From contig PWHO01000023.1 in the NCBI GenBank assembly GCA_003555385.1, positions 1 through 45,823 on the forward strand: a stretch of DNA of 45,823 bases, in the 5' to 3' direction. The DNA is from Bacteroidales bacterium. Its GTDB lineage: Bacteria > Bacteroidota > Bacteroidia > Bacteroidales > UBA7960. How positions within the stretch are numbered: the stretch's first letter is position 1; each line of letters starts with the position of its first letter. Positions 38,257 through 45,823 of this stretch are shown in pieces. A model generated the notes under the pieces. The model made no database searches, was not told the origin of the DNA, and was given only the letters and a program-made list of their open reading frames with translations. The translations under genes were made by a program, and so were the position numbers.

Positions 38257-38264
38257 CAAAAATA
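38257..38264 (-). promoter_or_regulatory. Candidate -7 promoter box for rlmI, with a 113-nt structured leader
   Basis: The plus strand reads CAAAAATA, which is TATTTTTG on the minus strand. Confidence 0.35.
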
Positions 38265-38285
38265 TATAATTGTTTGTTATTACGG

Positions 38286-38897
38286 TTATTTAACCGTCAT
38301 TGAAATTGTTTTCTTTTCGGCCAGAAAGGCCTCCAGTTTGTCTTCCTGTTTGACGGGGAGCCGGCCCGGAGGAGAACCTGTTAACAGGTAATCCCCGATT
38401 TTCAGGGTGACAAAAGAGGAGACATAGGCTATGAGCTGATTAAAATGCATGAGCATTTGACCGCTCTGTCCGTTCTGGCTTTTGCCCCCGTTGCACTTCA
38501 GCAAAAAACTGATGTTGTCCGGATCAGGGAAATGATTCACCGGAACAAAATCCGATACTTTCACCGATCCGTCAAAAGCGGTTGCTTCTTCCCAGGGCTT
38601 ACCCTCCCTGATGCACCTTTGCAAGTGATCCGTAGCAGTAAAGTTTACAGCCAGCCCGATTTCACTGTAGTAGGCAGGGGCAAAACGGGGATGAATGTTC
38701 TTCCCCAGTTTTCCGATGCGTAATATCAATTCGGCCCCTGCATGTATTTCACCGGAGAAATCGGGGAGAAAAAATGGCATCCGGCCCCTGATAAGTGCCG
38801 TTTCCGGCTTCATGTACATGCCGGACGCCACTGAGAACCCCTGCATTTCCCTCTCTGCCGGGGCAGGATAGTTCCCTGAAATGCAGATGATCTTCAT
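38286..38897 (-). CDS. Fumarylacetoacetate hydrolase (FAH) family protein
   Basis: The ORF is 203 aa. The C-terminal block LKIGDYLLTGSPPG resembles the FAH GD(L/I)xxTGTPxG motif, and the size fits the short FAH/YcgM-like group. Confidence 0.65.
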   Translation of the reverse strand: MKIICISGNYPAPAEREMQGFSVASGMYMKPETALIRGRMPFFLPDFSGEIHAGAELILRIGKLGKNIHPRFAPAYYSEIGLAVNFTATDHLQRCIREGKPWEEATAFDGSVKVSDFVPVNHFPDPDNISFLLKCNGGKSQNGQSGQMLMHFNQLIAYVSSFVTLKIGDYLLTGSPPGRLPVKQEDKLEAFLAEKKTISMTVK

Positions 38898-38902
38898 GAA
38901 TG

Positions 38903-39733
38903 TTACTTATCTTTCAGGATGGCATTGCCTTTGTCAAACCCCCTCAGAATGACTGATTGTATGGTGTTTTTTGTGGAAAGGGGGAAATCTGCTTTCATCA
39001 TCCAGTCGAAGTATTGCGGTTCTTTTTTGAACACCTCCTCCACCTCTTTTCCTTTATGCTTGCCGAAATTAAAAATTTCCTTTCCCTTTTTGTTGTATCC
39101 GATATGTCCGGACAGGTCGGCATTGTTATGATTGTAGGAAAATTCATATAAGGCCTGTATGTCGTTTTTAACGGGCTGGGTAACACCTCCGTCTTTGTCC
39201 TCATATTCAACCCCTTCATAATGCCCGATCTGGGCAAGCAGAATTTCATAAGTAGCCCTGGTATCTGCCTCAGCAGCATGCGCATTTGTCAGGTCTTTCC
39301 CGCAATAGAACCGGTAAGCCGCCCGTAGGTTGCGTGGTTCCATTTTATGGAAAATGTTCTGTACATCCACCAGCCTCCGCTTCTTGATGTCAAATTGAAT
39401 CCCGCAGCGCAAAAATTCCTCAATAAGCATGGGCACATCGAACCTGTTGGAGTTGTAACCGGCCAGGTCGCAGTTCTCCAGAAACTTCTCGAGGGTGGGT
39501 GCAAGTTGTGCAAAAGTCGGGGCGTCGGCCACATCTTCATCTTTAATGCCGTGTATTGCGATTGATTCGGCTGAAATCGGGATGGTGGGGTTGACAAGCC
39601 TGGTGATGGATTCGGTGTGGTTATTGGTCAGCACCTTAAATATGCTGATTTCCACAATGCGATCCTTTACCACGTTGGTTCCTGTGGTTTCGAGGTCGAA
39701 AAAGGCAATGGGCCTGGTGAGATTTAACTGCAT
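38903..39733 (-). CDS. DEDDh 3'-5' exonuclease (DnaQ/ExoX-like) with a C-terminal ExoX-type domain
   Basis: Exo I is FFDLETTG, Exo II is AGYNSNRFDVPML and Exo III is HAAEADTRAT. The C-terminal block is FNFGKHKGKEVEEVFKKEPQYFDWMM. Confidence 0.85.
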   Translation of the reverse strand: MQLNLTRPIAFFDLETTGTNVVKDRIVEISIFKVLTNNHTESITRLVNPTIPISAESIAIHGIKDEDVADAPTFAQLAPTLEKFLENCDLAGYNSNRFDVPMLIEEFLRCGIQFDIKKRRLVDVQNIFHKMEPRNLRAAYRFYCGKDLTNAHAAEADTRATYEILLAQIGHYEGVEYEDKDGGVTQPVKNDIQALYEFSYNHNNADLSGHIGYNKKGKEIFNFGKHKGKEVEEVFKKEPQYFDWMMKADFPLSTKNTIQSVILRGFDKGNAILKDK

Positions 39734-39858
39734 AATGCACTTGTCGCTTTAAATGAGCAGATATGTTTTCTGCGAAGTTACAACAAATCTGCTTGCAGGG
39801 CGACGATCGGCAGACCCAACGGTGAAAATTACGGTCTGTATGCCATTTTGCCTGATAC

Positions 39859-41211
39859 TCAGATGGTTTGTTTTACGTCAAAGTTTTCCAGGTATTCGGC
39901 CACCCTTTGCAGGAACATTCCGCCCAGTGCCCCGTCCACAATTCTGTGGTCACATGCCAGTGAGAGATCCATCCGGTGACGTATGGCAATGCTGTCTCCT
40001 TCGGGCGTCTCTAAGACAACGGGTTTCTTCTGTATCAGTCCGACGCCCAGAATACCTACCTGTGGCTGATTGATGATGGGGGTCCCCATGGTGGCTCCGA
40101 AGGTACCGAAATTGGTGAAGGTGAAAGTGCCCCCCTGAATCTCATCCGGTTTCAACTTGTTTTCCCTTGCCCTGGCTGCCAGGTCATTGACTTCCTTTGC
40201 CAGGCCCAGCAGGTTTTTATCTCCGGCATTTTTGATGACGGGTACGATAAGGTTTCCGTCAGGCAGGGCTGCAGCCATCCCCACATTGATATTTTTTCGC
40301 TTGATGATTTTTTGCCCGTCGAGAGATACGTTCATCATCGGATAATCACGCAGGGCTTTTGAAATGGCTTCCATAAAGATCGGGGTGAAGGTGAGTTTTT
40401 CCTGCTCCCTTTCCTGCAGAATTGCCTTATGCTTGTTGCGCCATTTCACAATGTTTGTCATGTCCACTTCCCTGAACAAGGTGATATGTACGGAAGTATT
40501 CCTGGAATGTACCATGTGATCAGCAATAAGTTTCCGCATCCGGTCCATTTCAATCACTTCATCTTTATCACCTACAGGAATTTTGAAAGAACTGCCGGAA
40601 CTTGCGGCTTTTCCGGAGGTTTTTTCGGAAACCGCGGCCCCGGTTGCTTCTTTGGCGGGTGCAGGTTTTTCTTTGCGCTCCTTCAACCATACAAGCAGAT
40701 CCTCTTTGGTAAGCCGGTTGTTTTTTCCGCTTCCCGGAATCTGCTCCAGCTCATCCATTGAAACATTTTCTTCCTTCGCAATACTCCTGACCAGGGGAGA
40801 GTAAAACCTGGTGCTTTCTGTCTGCTCCGGCTCCGGGTCTTTACCCTCGTCCGAGGATTTTGCTTCTGTATCTGGTTTGCTTTCCTTCACGGGTTTGCGG
40901 TCTTCTGCATCTTCTTTGCCAGAATCATGGTCCTTTTCCTCCTGAGATGCAGTATTCTCTTCATCCTCACCTTCCACCTCAATGATGGCGATCACTGTAT
41001 CTACTTCAACCGTATCTCCTTCATTGAAAAGTTGTTCTTTCAACACACCTTCAACCGGACTGGGAATCTCCGAGTCTACCTTGTCGGTGGATAGTTCAAC
41101 GACCGGATCGTCCAGTTCAATGGTGTCTCCGGTATTTTTTAACCACTTGGTGATTGTTGCTTCGGTAATGCTCTCGCCCAATTTGGGCATTTTTAATTCG
41201 AAGGTAGCCAT
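39859..41211 (-). CDS. 2-oxoacid dehydrogenase E2 component (dihydrolipoyllysine-residue acyltransferase)
   Basis: The lipoyl domain is MPKLGESITEATITKWL...STDKVDSEIPSP, followed by an acidic linker. The E3-binding domain is SPLVRSIAKEENVSMDEL...GSGKNNRLTKEDL, and the catalytic motif is DHRIVDGA. The true ATG is at 41211, and the track's 20 extra codons are upstream non-coding sequence. Confidence 0.9.
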   Translation of the reverse strand: MATFELKMPKLGESITEATITKWLKNTGDTIELDDPVVELSTDKVDSEIPSPVEGVLKEQLFNEGDTVEVDTVIAIIEVEGEDEENTASQEEKDHDSGKEDAEDRKPVKESKPDTEAKSSDEGKDPEPEQTESTRFYSPLVRSIAKEENVSMDELEQIPGSGKNNRLTKEDLLVWLKERKEKPAPAKEATGAAVSEKTSGKAASSGSSFKIPVGDKDEVIEMDRMRKLIADHMVHSRNTSVHITLFREVDMTNIVKWRNKHKAILQEREQEKLTFTPIFMEAISKALRDYPMMNVSLDGQKIIKRKNINVGMAAALPDGNLIVPVIKNAGDKNLLGLAKEVNDLAARARENKLKPDEIQGGTFTFTNFGTFGATMGTPIINQPQVGILGVGLIQKKPVVLETPEGDSIAIRHRMDLSLACDHRIVDGALGGMFLQRVAEYLENFDVKQTI

Positions 41212-41277
41212 ATGTGATATATTTTCAGTTTCATCCAAAGTATTTCTGAAATTGAAACAACAGAAAGGCAAAAAGGT

Positions 41278-43248
41278 TCAGGAATTGCAGGCTGGTTGTC
41301 CGAGTCGGCTGTATTTCGCAATGCAAATGTGGAAATCATTTTCCACCTTGTAATCTTTTGCATAGAGGTTATTCAGATTTTCCCGGGTGTTTTCCTGCAG
41401 GGGCTGGTTCTGAATCATGTCGCCCGGTGCCAGAACCCTGGGTTTCAGTGCGGGTAGCTTGTTCATCCCGGGTGAGGAATGATAACCTACCCAGGAGATT
41501 TGGCCGGTAAGCACATAGAAAAGATTCTTCAGGAAACCCCACCTGTATTGTTGAAAAGCCAGGTGAACCGGAAAAGTGATCAGCAACAGCAGGGCAAAAA
41601 AGAAATCGAATAACCTTTTGTTCCGTTTGTTGGCGGGCAGGTTGATGGAGTTTACATTGATGGTAAACAGGTCACCGAATGGTTCAATGCTGTTGCTGCC
41701 AATGATATACAGGCTCTCAGGCGGGGCTATCTTGAAGTTCAGCTGTTTGTCCTGTAGCCCTGACATTGTGTTGATTATGGCGCGGGAAGAGATATCTCCT
41801 GCACAGAAAATCACTTCGTTGACTTGATAAATGCCGGCAATATCCTCAAGCTGGTCTACGGTTCCCAGGTAACCCTCATCACGGGGTGATTCTTCTTCAG
41901 GGCTTACCAGCCCCATGAAGGAGGTATGACCGCCCTGCCGGAGCATCTGAAAAATACGGCCGGCTTCTTTTCCTTTTCCCACCACGATCACCCTTTTATT
42001 TCCCGGTCTGCCCGCATGAAGGGATTTATGTTTAGTCAGAGTGTAAACGGTCCGGGTGAATAACATTGAAAAAAGGGCCCAGGCACTGCCCAGCAGGATC
42101 AATGCCCTGGAAAACCTGAGATGGATAGGCAGTAATGCATAAATAACAAGAATAGCGATCGTTCCCAGTCCGATACCGCGGACGATGCGGAACAGGCCCG
42201 GGGGGCGGTCATACCCGCCACTGATATATACCGCAGACAGCCAGATGAGGATGTACGCCGGGACCATCAGGTACATAAATCCTGGCGGATAATAGGTTCC
42301 GTCGGCCGCAGACATCTGGTGCCCCCAGTAATTGGTCAGGTAGAAGAACCCCCCGTAAATGACTGCGGCATCGAGTGCCGGCCAGAAAATGCGACGGAAG
42401 AAGCGTGAAAGGATGGCGATCATGGCACGCAGGTAAATGGCCATGTTGATCAGCAGGGAGAATGTCCTTGCATTTTTCCGGGAGAAATGCTTCCCGGCAA
42501 AAATGGCCATGGCCTTGTAAAAAACCATGACGTAATTGATGCTGCTTTTTTTGGTGCTTTCTCCCTTATAGTGAATAATGCGGGCCTCGGGATAATAGTA
42601 ATTCCGGTATCCTGCTTTTTCAAGTCTGTAAGACAGGTCGATATCTTCGCCATACATAAAAAAATCCTCATCAAGGAGTCCTGCGCGGTCCAGTGCTTCT
42701 TTTCTCAGCAACATGAAAGCACCCGAAAGCACTTCAACCTGATGGGTTTTGTCATTGTCAAGAAACCCCAGGTGATATCTGCCAAAAATCTTTGATTTCG
42801 GGAAAAGGGCGGATAAGCCGAATATTTTGCAGAAAGCAACCCCCGGGGTGGGCAATCCCCTCTTGGATTCAGGAAGAAATTTACCCCTGCCGTCCAGCAT
42901 TTTTACCCCAAGTCCGCCGGCCTCAGGGTGTTGCTCCATAAACCCGACCACTTTTGGCAGTGTTTTATCTTCCACCACCGTGTCGGGATTGAGCAGCAAG
43001 ATGTAGCGTCCGCCGGCCTGCCTGATGGCCTGGTTGTTGGCTTTGCTGAAACCAAGGTTATCCTTGTTGGCAATGAGTTTTACCCGGGGGAATTTTTTTT
43101 TCACCATTTCCACGGAACCATCCGCAGAGTTGTTGTCCACCACGAAAACCTCCATGGGTATGTCTTCTCCTGACTTGAACACCGAATGAAGGCATTGTTC
43201 CAGGAAGTACTGTACATTGTAATTGACGATTACTACAGACAGCAGCAT
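41278..43248 (-). CDS. Fusion protein: GT2 glycosyltransferase, ~5 TM helices, a Rossmann-like linker and a truncated bacterial sugar-transferase (PGT)-like C-terminus
   Basis: The GT2 part reads LSVVIVNYN...VVDNNSADGS...NLGFSKANN...LLLNPDT...GEDIDLSYR. The PGT-like part reads KRLFDFFFALLLLITFP...LTGQISWVG... Confidence 0.8.
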   Translation of the reverse strand: MLLSVVIVNYNVQYFLEQCLHSVFKSGEDIPMEVFVVDNNSADGSVEMVKKKFPRVKLIANKDNLGFSKANNQAIRQAGGRYILLLNPDTVVEDKTLPKVVGFMEQHPEAGGLGVKMLDGRGKFLPESKRGLPTPGVAFCKIFGLSALFPKSKIFGRYHLGFLDNDKTHQVEVLSGAFMLLRKEALDRAGLLDEDFFMYGEDIDLSYRLEKAGYRNYYYPEARIIHYKGESTKKSSINYVMVFYKAMAIFAGKHFSRKNARTFSLLINMAIYLRAMIAILSRFFRRIFWPALDAAVIYGGFFYLTNYWGHQMSAADGTYYPPGFMYLMVPAYILIWLSAVYISGGYDRPPGLFRIVRGIGLGTIAILVIYALLPIHLRFSRALILLGSAWALFSMLFTRTVYTLTKHKSLHAGRPGNKRVIVVGKGKEAGRIFQMLRQGGHTSFMGLVSPEEESPRDEGYLGTVDQLEDIAGIYQVNEVIFCAGDISSRAIINTMSGLQDKQLNFKIAPPESLYIIGSNSIEPFGDLFTINVNSINLPANKRNKRLFDFFFALLLLITFPVHLAFQQYRWGFLKNLFYVLTGQISWVGYHSSPGMNKLPALKPRVLAPGDMIQNQPLQENTRENLNNLYAKDYKVENDFHICIAKYSRLGQPACNS

Positions 43249-43253
43249 AGGTC

Positions 43254-43925
43254 TTATTTAGCGGTTGTCAGGTCGTAGGCGGTGCGATGGATAATTGAGC
43301 GGCCGAGGGTGATCTCATCCGCATATTCCAGTTCATCGCCGATGGCTACCCCCCGTGCGATCACAGATATTTGCAGGTTGTACGGCTGTAATTTTTTGTA
43401 CAGGTAAAAGCCCGTGGTATCTCCTTCCATGGTTGTGCTGAGCGCCAGAATTACCTCGCGGATCGCAGAATTGCCTGCAACTCTCTTTTCAAGGGCATCA
43501 ATGGTAATATCGGCCGGGCCAATGCCATCCATGGGTGAAATAATTCCACCGAGCACATGGTAACGGCCGTGAAATTGCCCGGTGTTTTCTATGGCCACCA
43601 CATCCCTTATATCCTCCACAACGCACACAATGGAAGGGTCGCGACGGGGAGAGTTGCAAATTTCGCAAAGGGTATGGTCAGAAATATTGTGGCACTCACG
43701 GCAGTATTTGACTTCCCGGCTCAGGCTTGTGAGCGAATCGGCAAAACGTTCCACGGTTTCAGCGTCCTGCCTGAGCATATGCAGGACCAATCGCAACGCT
43801 GTTTTCTTCCCGATGCCCGGCAGCTTTGAAAATTCTTCAACAGCGGATTGTAATAATTTTGAGGAATAGGTTTCCAAAACGTCAGCAGGCTTTGATATGT
43901 CTTTGTTGCTATGGTGAACAGCCAA
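43254..43925 (-). CDS. recR: Recombination protein RecR
   Basis: The HhH motif is [12 protein letters not shown], the Zn finger is [16 protein letters not shown] and the Toprim motif is [14 protein letters not shown]. The track start (TTG at 43925) overlaps a -7 box. The TTG at 43877 ([16 protein letters not shown]) would fit typical RecR N-termini better, so the start is uncertain. Confidence 0.88.
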   Translation of the reverse strand: MAVHHSNKDISKPADVLETYSSKLLQSAVEEFSKLPGIGKKTALRLVLHMLRQDAETVERFADSLTSLSREVKYCRECHNISDHTLCEICNSPRRDPSIVCVVEDIRDVVAIENTGQFHGRYHVLGGIISPMDGIGPADITIDALEKRVAGNSAIREVILALSTTMEGDTTGFYLYKKLQPYNLQISVIARGVAIGDELEYADEITLGRSIIHRTAYDLTTAK

Positions 43926-43930
43926 AGTTA
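43923..43930 (-). promoter_or_regulatory. Candidate -7 promoter box for recR
   Basis: The plus strand reads CAAAGTTA, which is TAACTTTG on the minus strand. It lies 45 nt upstream of the alternative TTG start at 43877. Confidence 0.3.
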
Positions 43931-43966
43931 ATAATATTTGCCTGCGTAAAAGACAAAATCTTTGGC

Positions 43967-43974
43967 TATTTTTG
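43967..43974 (+). promoter_or_regulatory. Candidate -7 promoter box for the sodium:solute symporter gene
   Basis: TATTTTTG lies 26 nt upstream of the ATG at 44001. Confidence 0.4.
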
Positions 43975-44000
43975 CCGCTGCACTTTAACCGAAAAGGTAT

Positions 44001-45452
44001 ATGAGTCCTTACCTGATATTGTTTTCTTTCCTGCTGTACACCTCCCTGATCTTTTTGATATCCAGGCTGACAGTTCGCAAAAAAGTGAATAATGAAGCCT
44101 ACTTTCTCGGAAACAGAAATTCACCATGGTATGTGGTCGCTTATGGCATGATCGGAGCCACACTTTCCGGGGTGACTTTTATGTCGGTACCCGGATTGGT
44201 GAAAGATGAACAATTCTCCTATATGGTTCTTGTGTTTGGTTACATCGCCGGTTATACGGTGATATCCAGGGTACTCCTGCCCATGTATTACAAGATGAAC
44301 CTTACCTCGATTTACACCTACCTGGAAAAACGTTTCGGGTTTGCTTCCTATAAAACGGGCTCCTTTTATTTCATCATATCCCGCCTGATCGGCACCTCAT
44401 TCCGCATGTTTCTGGTGGTCATTGTGCTGCAGCGTTTTGTGTTTGATGCCTGGGGCATCCCCCTGGGGGTTACAGTAACCCTGTTCATGGTGCTCATATT
44501 CCTTTATACTTACAGGGGTGGAATTAAAACAATTGTATGGACGGATACCCTTCAGACTACCTTTATGGTCACCGCTGTCATATTAAGTGTGGTGCTGATT
44601 TCCAGGCAACTTGGAATGGGTTTTGGGGACCTTGTTTCGGAGGCCGGTGACAGGGGGTTTACCCATTTATTTGTGCTCGATTACACTGACCCGAGGTTCT
44701 TTCTTAAACAGTTCTTTGCCGGCATGTTCATTACCATTGTAATGACCGGTCTGGACCAGGACATGATGCAGAAAAACCTGAGTTGCCGGAATCTTCGGGA
44801 CGCACAGAAAAATGTCATGACATTCGGCTTTGTGCTGGTCCCCATTAATCTGCTGTTTCTTTTCCTTGGAGCAGTATTGTGGATTTATGCCGGAGAAGTG
44901 GGATTGACCCTTGGCCCTGATCAGACCTCGGACGAACTTTTCCCGACCATTGCCCTGAATTACCTGGGGGTGGCTGCCGGTCTTGCCTTCTTTTTCGGGT
45001 TGATTTCTGCCGCTTATTCAAGTGCGGACGGTACCCTGACAGCCCTCACCACAGTTTTCTGTATAGACTTCCTCGGGCTCAGGCGCAAGCCGGGAATGAC
45101 AGAAGAGAGAATCCAAAAGATTCGTTACAAGGTACATATTGCGTTTGCTGTCCTGGTCATGCTGATCATCATGGGGTACGGGGCGATCAATGACGAAGCC
45201 CTGATCAGTAAATTGTTTACCATTGCAGGCTACACGTATGGCCCTTTGCTGGGGCTTTACTTTGTGGGGTTGTATACCAAATGGGAACCGAAAGACAAGT
45301 ATGTACCGATAGTGGCGTTACTTTCGCCGATGCTCAGCTACCTGTTAAGTGTTTTCTCTGAACAGCTGCTGGCAGGATATCAGTTTGGGTTTGAAATACT
45401 GCTGGTCAATGGTTTGTTTACCATCATCGGATTGATGATTATACGGAAGTAG
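44001..45452 (+). CDS. Sodium:solute symporter family (SSF) transporter
   Basis: The ORF is 483 aa with about 13 TM helices. The blocks [32 protein letters not shown] and [14 protein letters not shown] are typical of the SSF family. Confidence 0.8.
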   Translation: MSPYLILFSFLLYTSLIFLISRLTVRKKVNNEAYFLGNRNSPWYVVAYGMIGATLSGVTFMSVPGLVKDEQFSYMVLVFGYIAGYTVISRVLLPMYYKMNLTSIYTYLEKRFGFASYKTGSFYFIISRLIGTSFRMFLVVIVLQRFVFDAWGIPLGVTVTLFMVLIFLYTYRGGIKTIVWTDTLQTTFMVTAVILSVVLISRQLGMGFGDLVSEAGDRGFTHLFVLDYTDPRFFLKQFFAGMFITIVMTGLDQDMMQKNLSCRNLRDAQKNVMTFGFVLVPINLLFLFLGAVLWIYAGEVGLTLGPDQTSDELFPTIALNYLGVAAGLAFFFGLISAAYSSADGTLTALTTVFCIDFLGLRRKPGMTEERIQKIRYKVHIAFAVLVMLIIMGYGAINDEALISKLFTIAGYTYGPLLGLYFVGLYTKWEPKDKYVPIVALLSPMLSYLLSVFSEQLLAGYQFGFEILLVNGLFTIIGLMIIRK

Positions 45453-45483
45453 TGATTGCTCCTATACGGCCAGAACAATACCT

Positions 45484-45520
45484 GCGAATTAAATAATTCC
45501 GTGCGAATTGAAGAATTCCG
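45484..45520. repeat. Tandem pair of 18-nt units, each an internal palindrome (GAATT-N4-AATTC)
   Basis: The two units are GCGAATTAAATAATTCCG (45484-45501) and GCGAATTGAAGAATTCCG (45503-45520). They are 16/18 identical with a 19-nt period. They lie in the convergent spacer between the symporter gene and ilvE. Confidence 0.7.
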
Positions 45521-45590
45521 ACTGATTTATCCCACCCACCGACCCTCAGTCTTACACCCAACTAATGAATAAAAGCCGATAACCAGGCAA

Positions 45591-45823
45591 TTATTCAACT
45601 ATGCTGACCCATCCGTGCGGATCAGGTTCATCTCCGTATTGGATTCCCTGCAGTTTCTTAAACAGCCTGGTAGACACAGGACCGGCCTTCCCCTCCTTAC
45701 TGAGGTTGTATTCCTTGCCGGACTCCCTGTCAACGATCTTGCCGATTGGTGAGATGATGGCCGCAGTTCCGCAGGCACCTGCTTCCTCAAAAGTTTCAAG
45801 TTCTTCCACCGGAACTTCTCTTC
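45591..45823 (-). CDS. ilvE: Branched-chain-amino-acid aminotransferase, C-terminal fragment; the 5' end runs off the right edge
   Basis: The translation ...REVPVEELETFEEAGACGTAAIISPIGKIV...KLQGIQYGDEPDPHGWVSIVE has the CGTAA block and the C-terminus typical of class IV BCAT. The track 'M' at 45809 is a GTG inside a frame that remains open to the window edge. Confidence 0.75.
   Translation of the reverse strand, partial: REVPVEELETFEEAGACGTAAIISPIGKIVDRESGKEYNLSKEGKAGPVSTRLFKKLQGIQYGDEPDPHGWVSIVE

Noticed and set aside
1-45823. Search for tRNA/rRNA genes, CRISPR arrays, IS elements, integrases and toxin-antitoxin or defence cassettes
   Set aside because: No spacer is long enough for these or shows a cloverleaf-like T-arm, regularly spaced repeats or terminal inverted repeats flanking a transposase. 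Every ORF over 150 aa that I accepted, except the pckA tail and one membrane protein, matches a housekeeping family.

Overview
This is a dense 45.8-kb chromosomal segment, almost entirely housekeeping, and very likely from a Bacteroidota genome. Four things support that lineage. There is a type IX secretion / gliding cluster (gldJ, a porP/sprF-like gene, porU, porV). The parA-parB-DUF5683-dapB-lepB block is typical of Bacteroidota. Start codons lack Shine-Dalgarno sequences. Twelve perfect TAnnTTTG -7 promoter boxes sit in the short intergenic spacers. I can support 36 protein-coding genes, two of them truncated by the window edges: gldJ at the left and ilvE at the right. I found no tRNA, rRNA, CRISPR array, IS element, integrase or obvious defence island. 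The ORF track uses GTG/TTG as well as ATG starts, so I moved several track starts to better-supported downstream ATGs. The most unusual object is the pckA ORF. A complete ATP-dependent PEP carboxykinase reads on without a stop into a 214-codon tail of unrecognisable function. That tail is followed directly by a strong 70-nt interrupted inverted repeat and a cold-shock gene. Secondary curiosities:
- a GT2 / multi-TM / apparently catalytically degenerate phosphoglycosyl-transferase fusion
- a GH3(NagZ-like)-beta-lactamase-fold fusion
- a P-loop kinase translationally coupled to dCMP deaminase
- a GC-rich, repeat-structured leader upstream of rlmI
- a tandem palindromic 18-mer between two convergent genes

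None of these is proven novel from sequence alone. I see no clear multi-gene undescribed system, and the pckA tail is the best candidate for follow-up.
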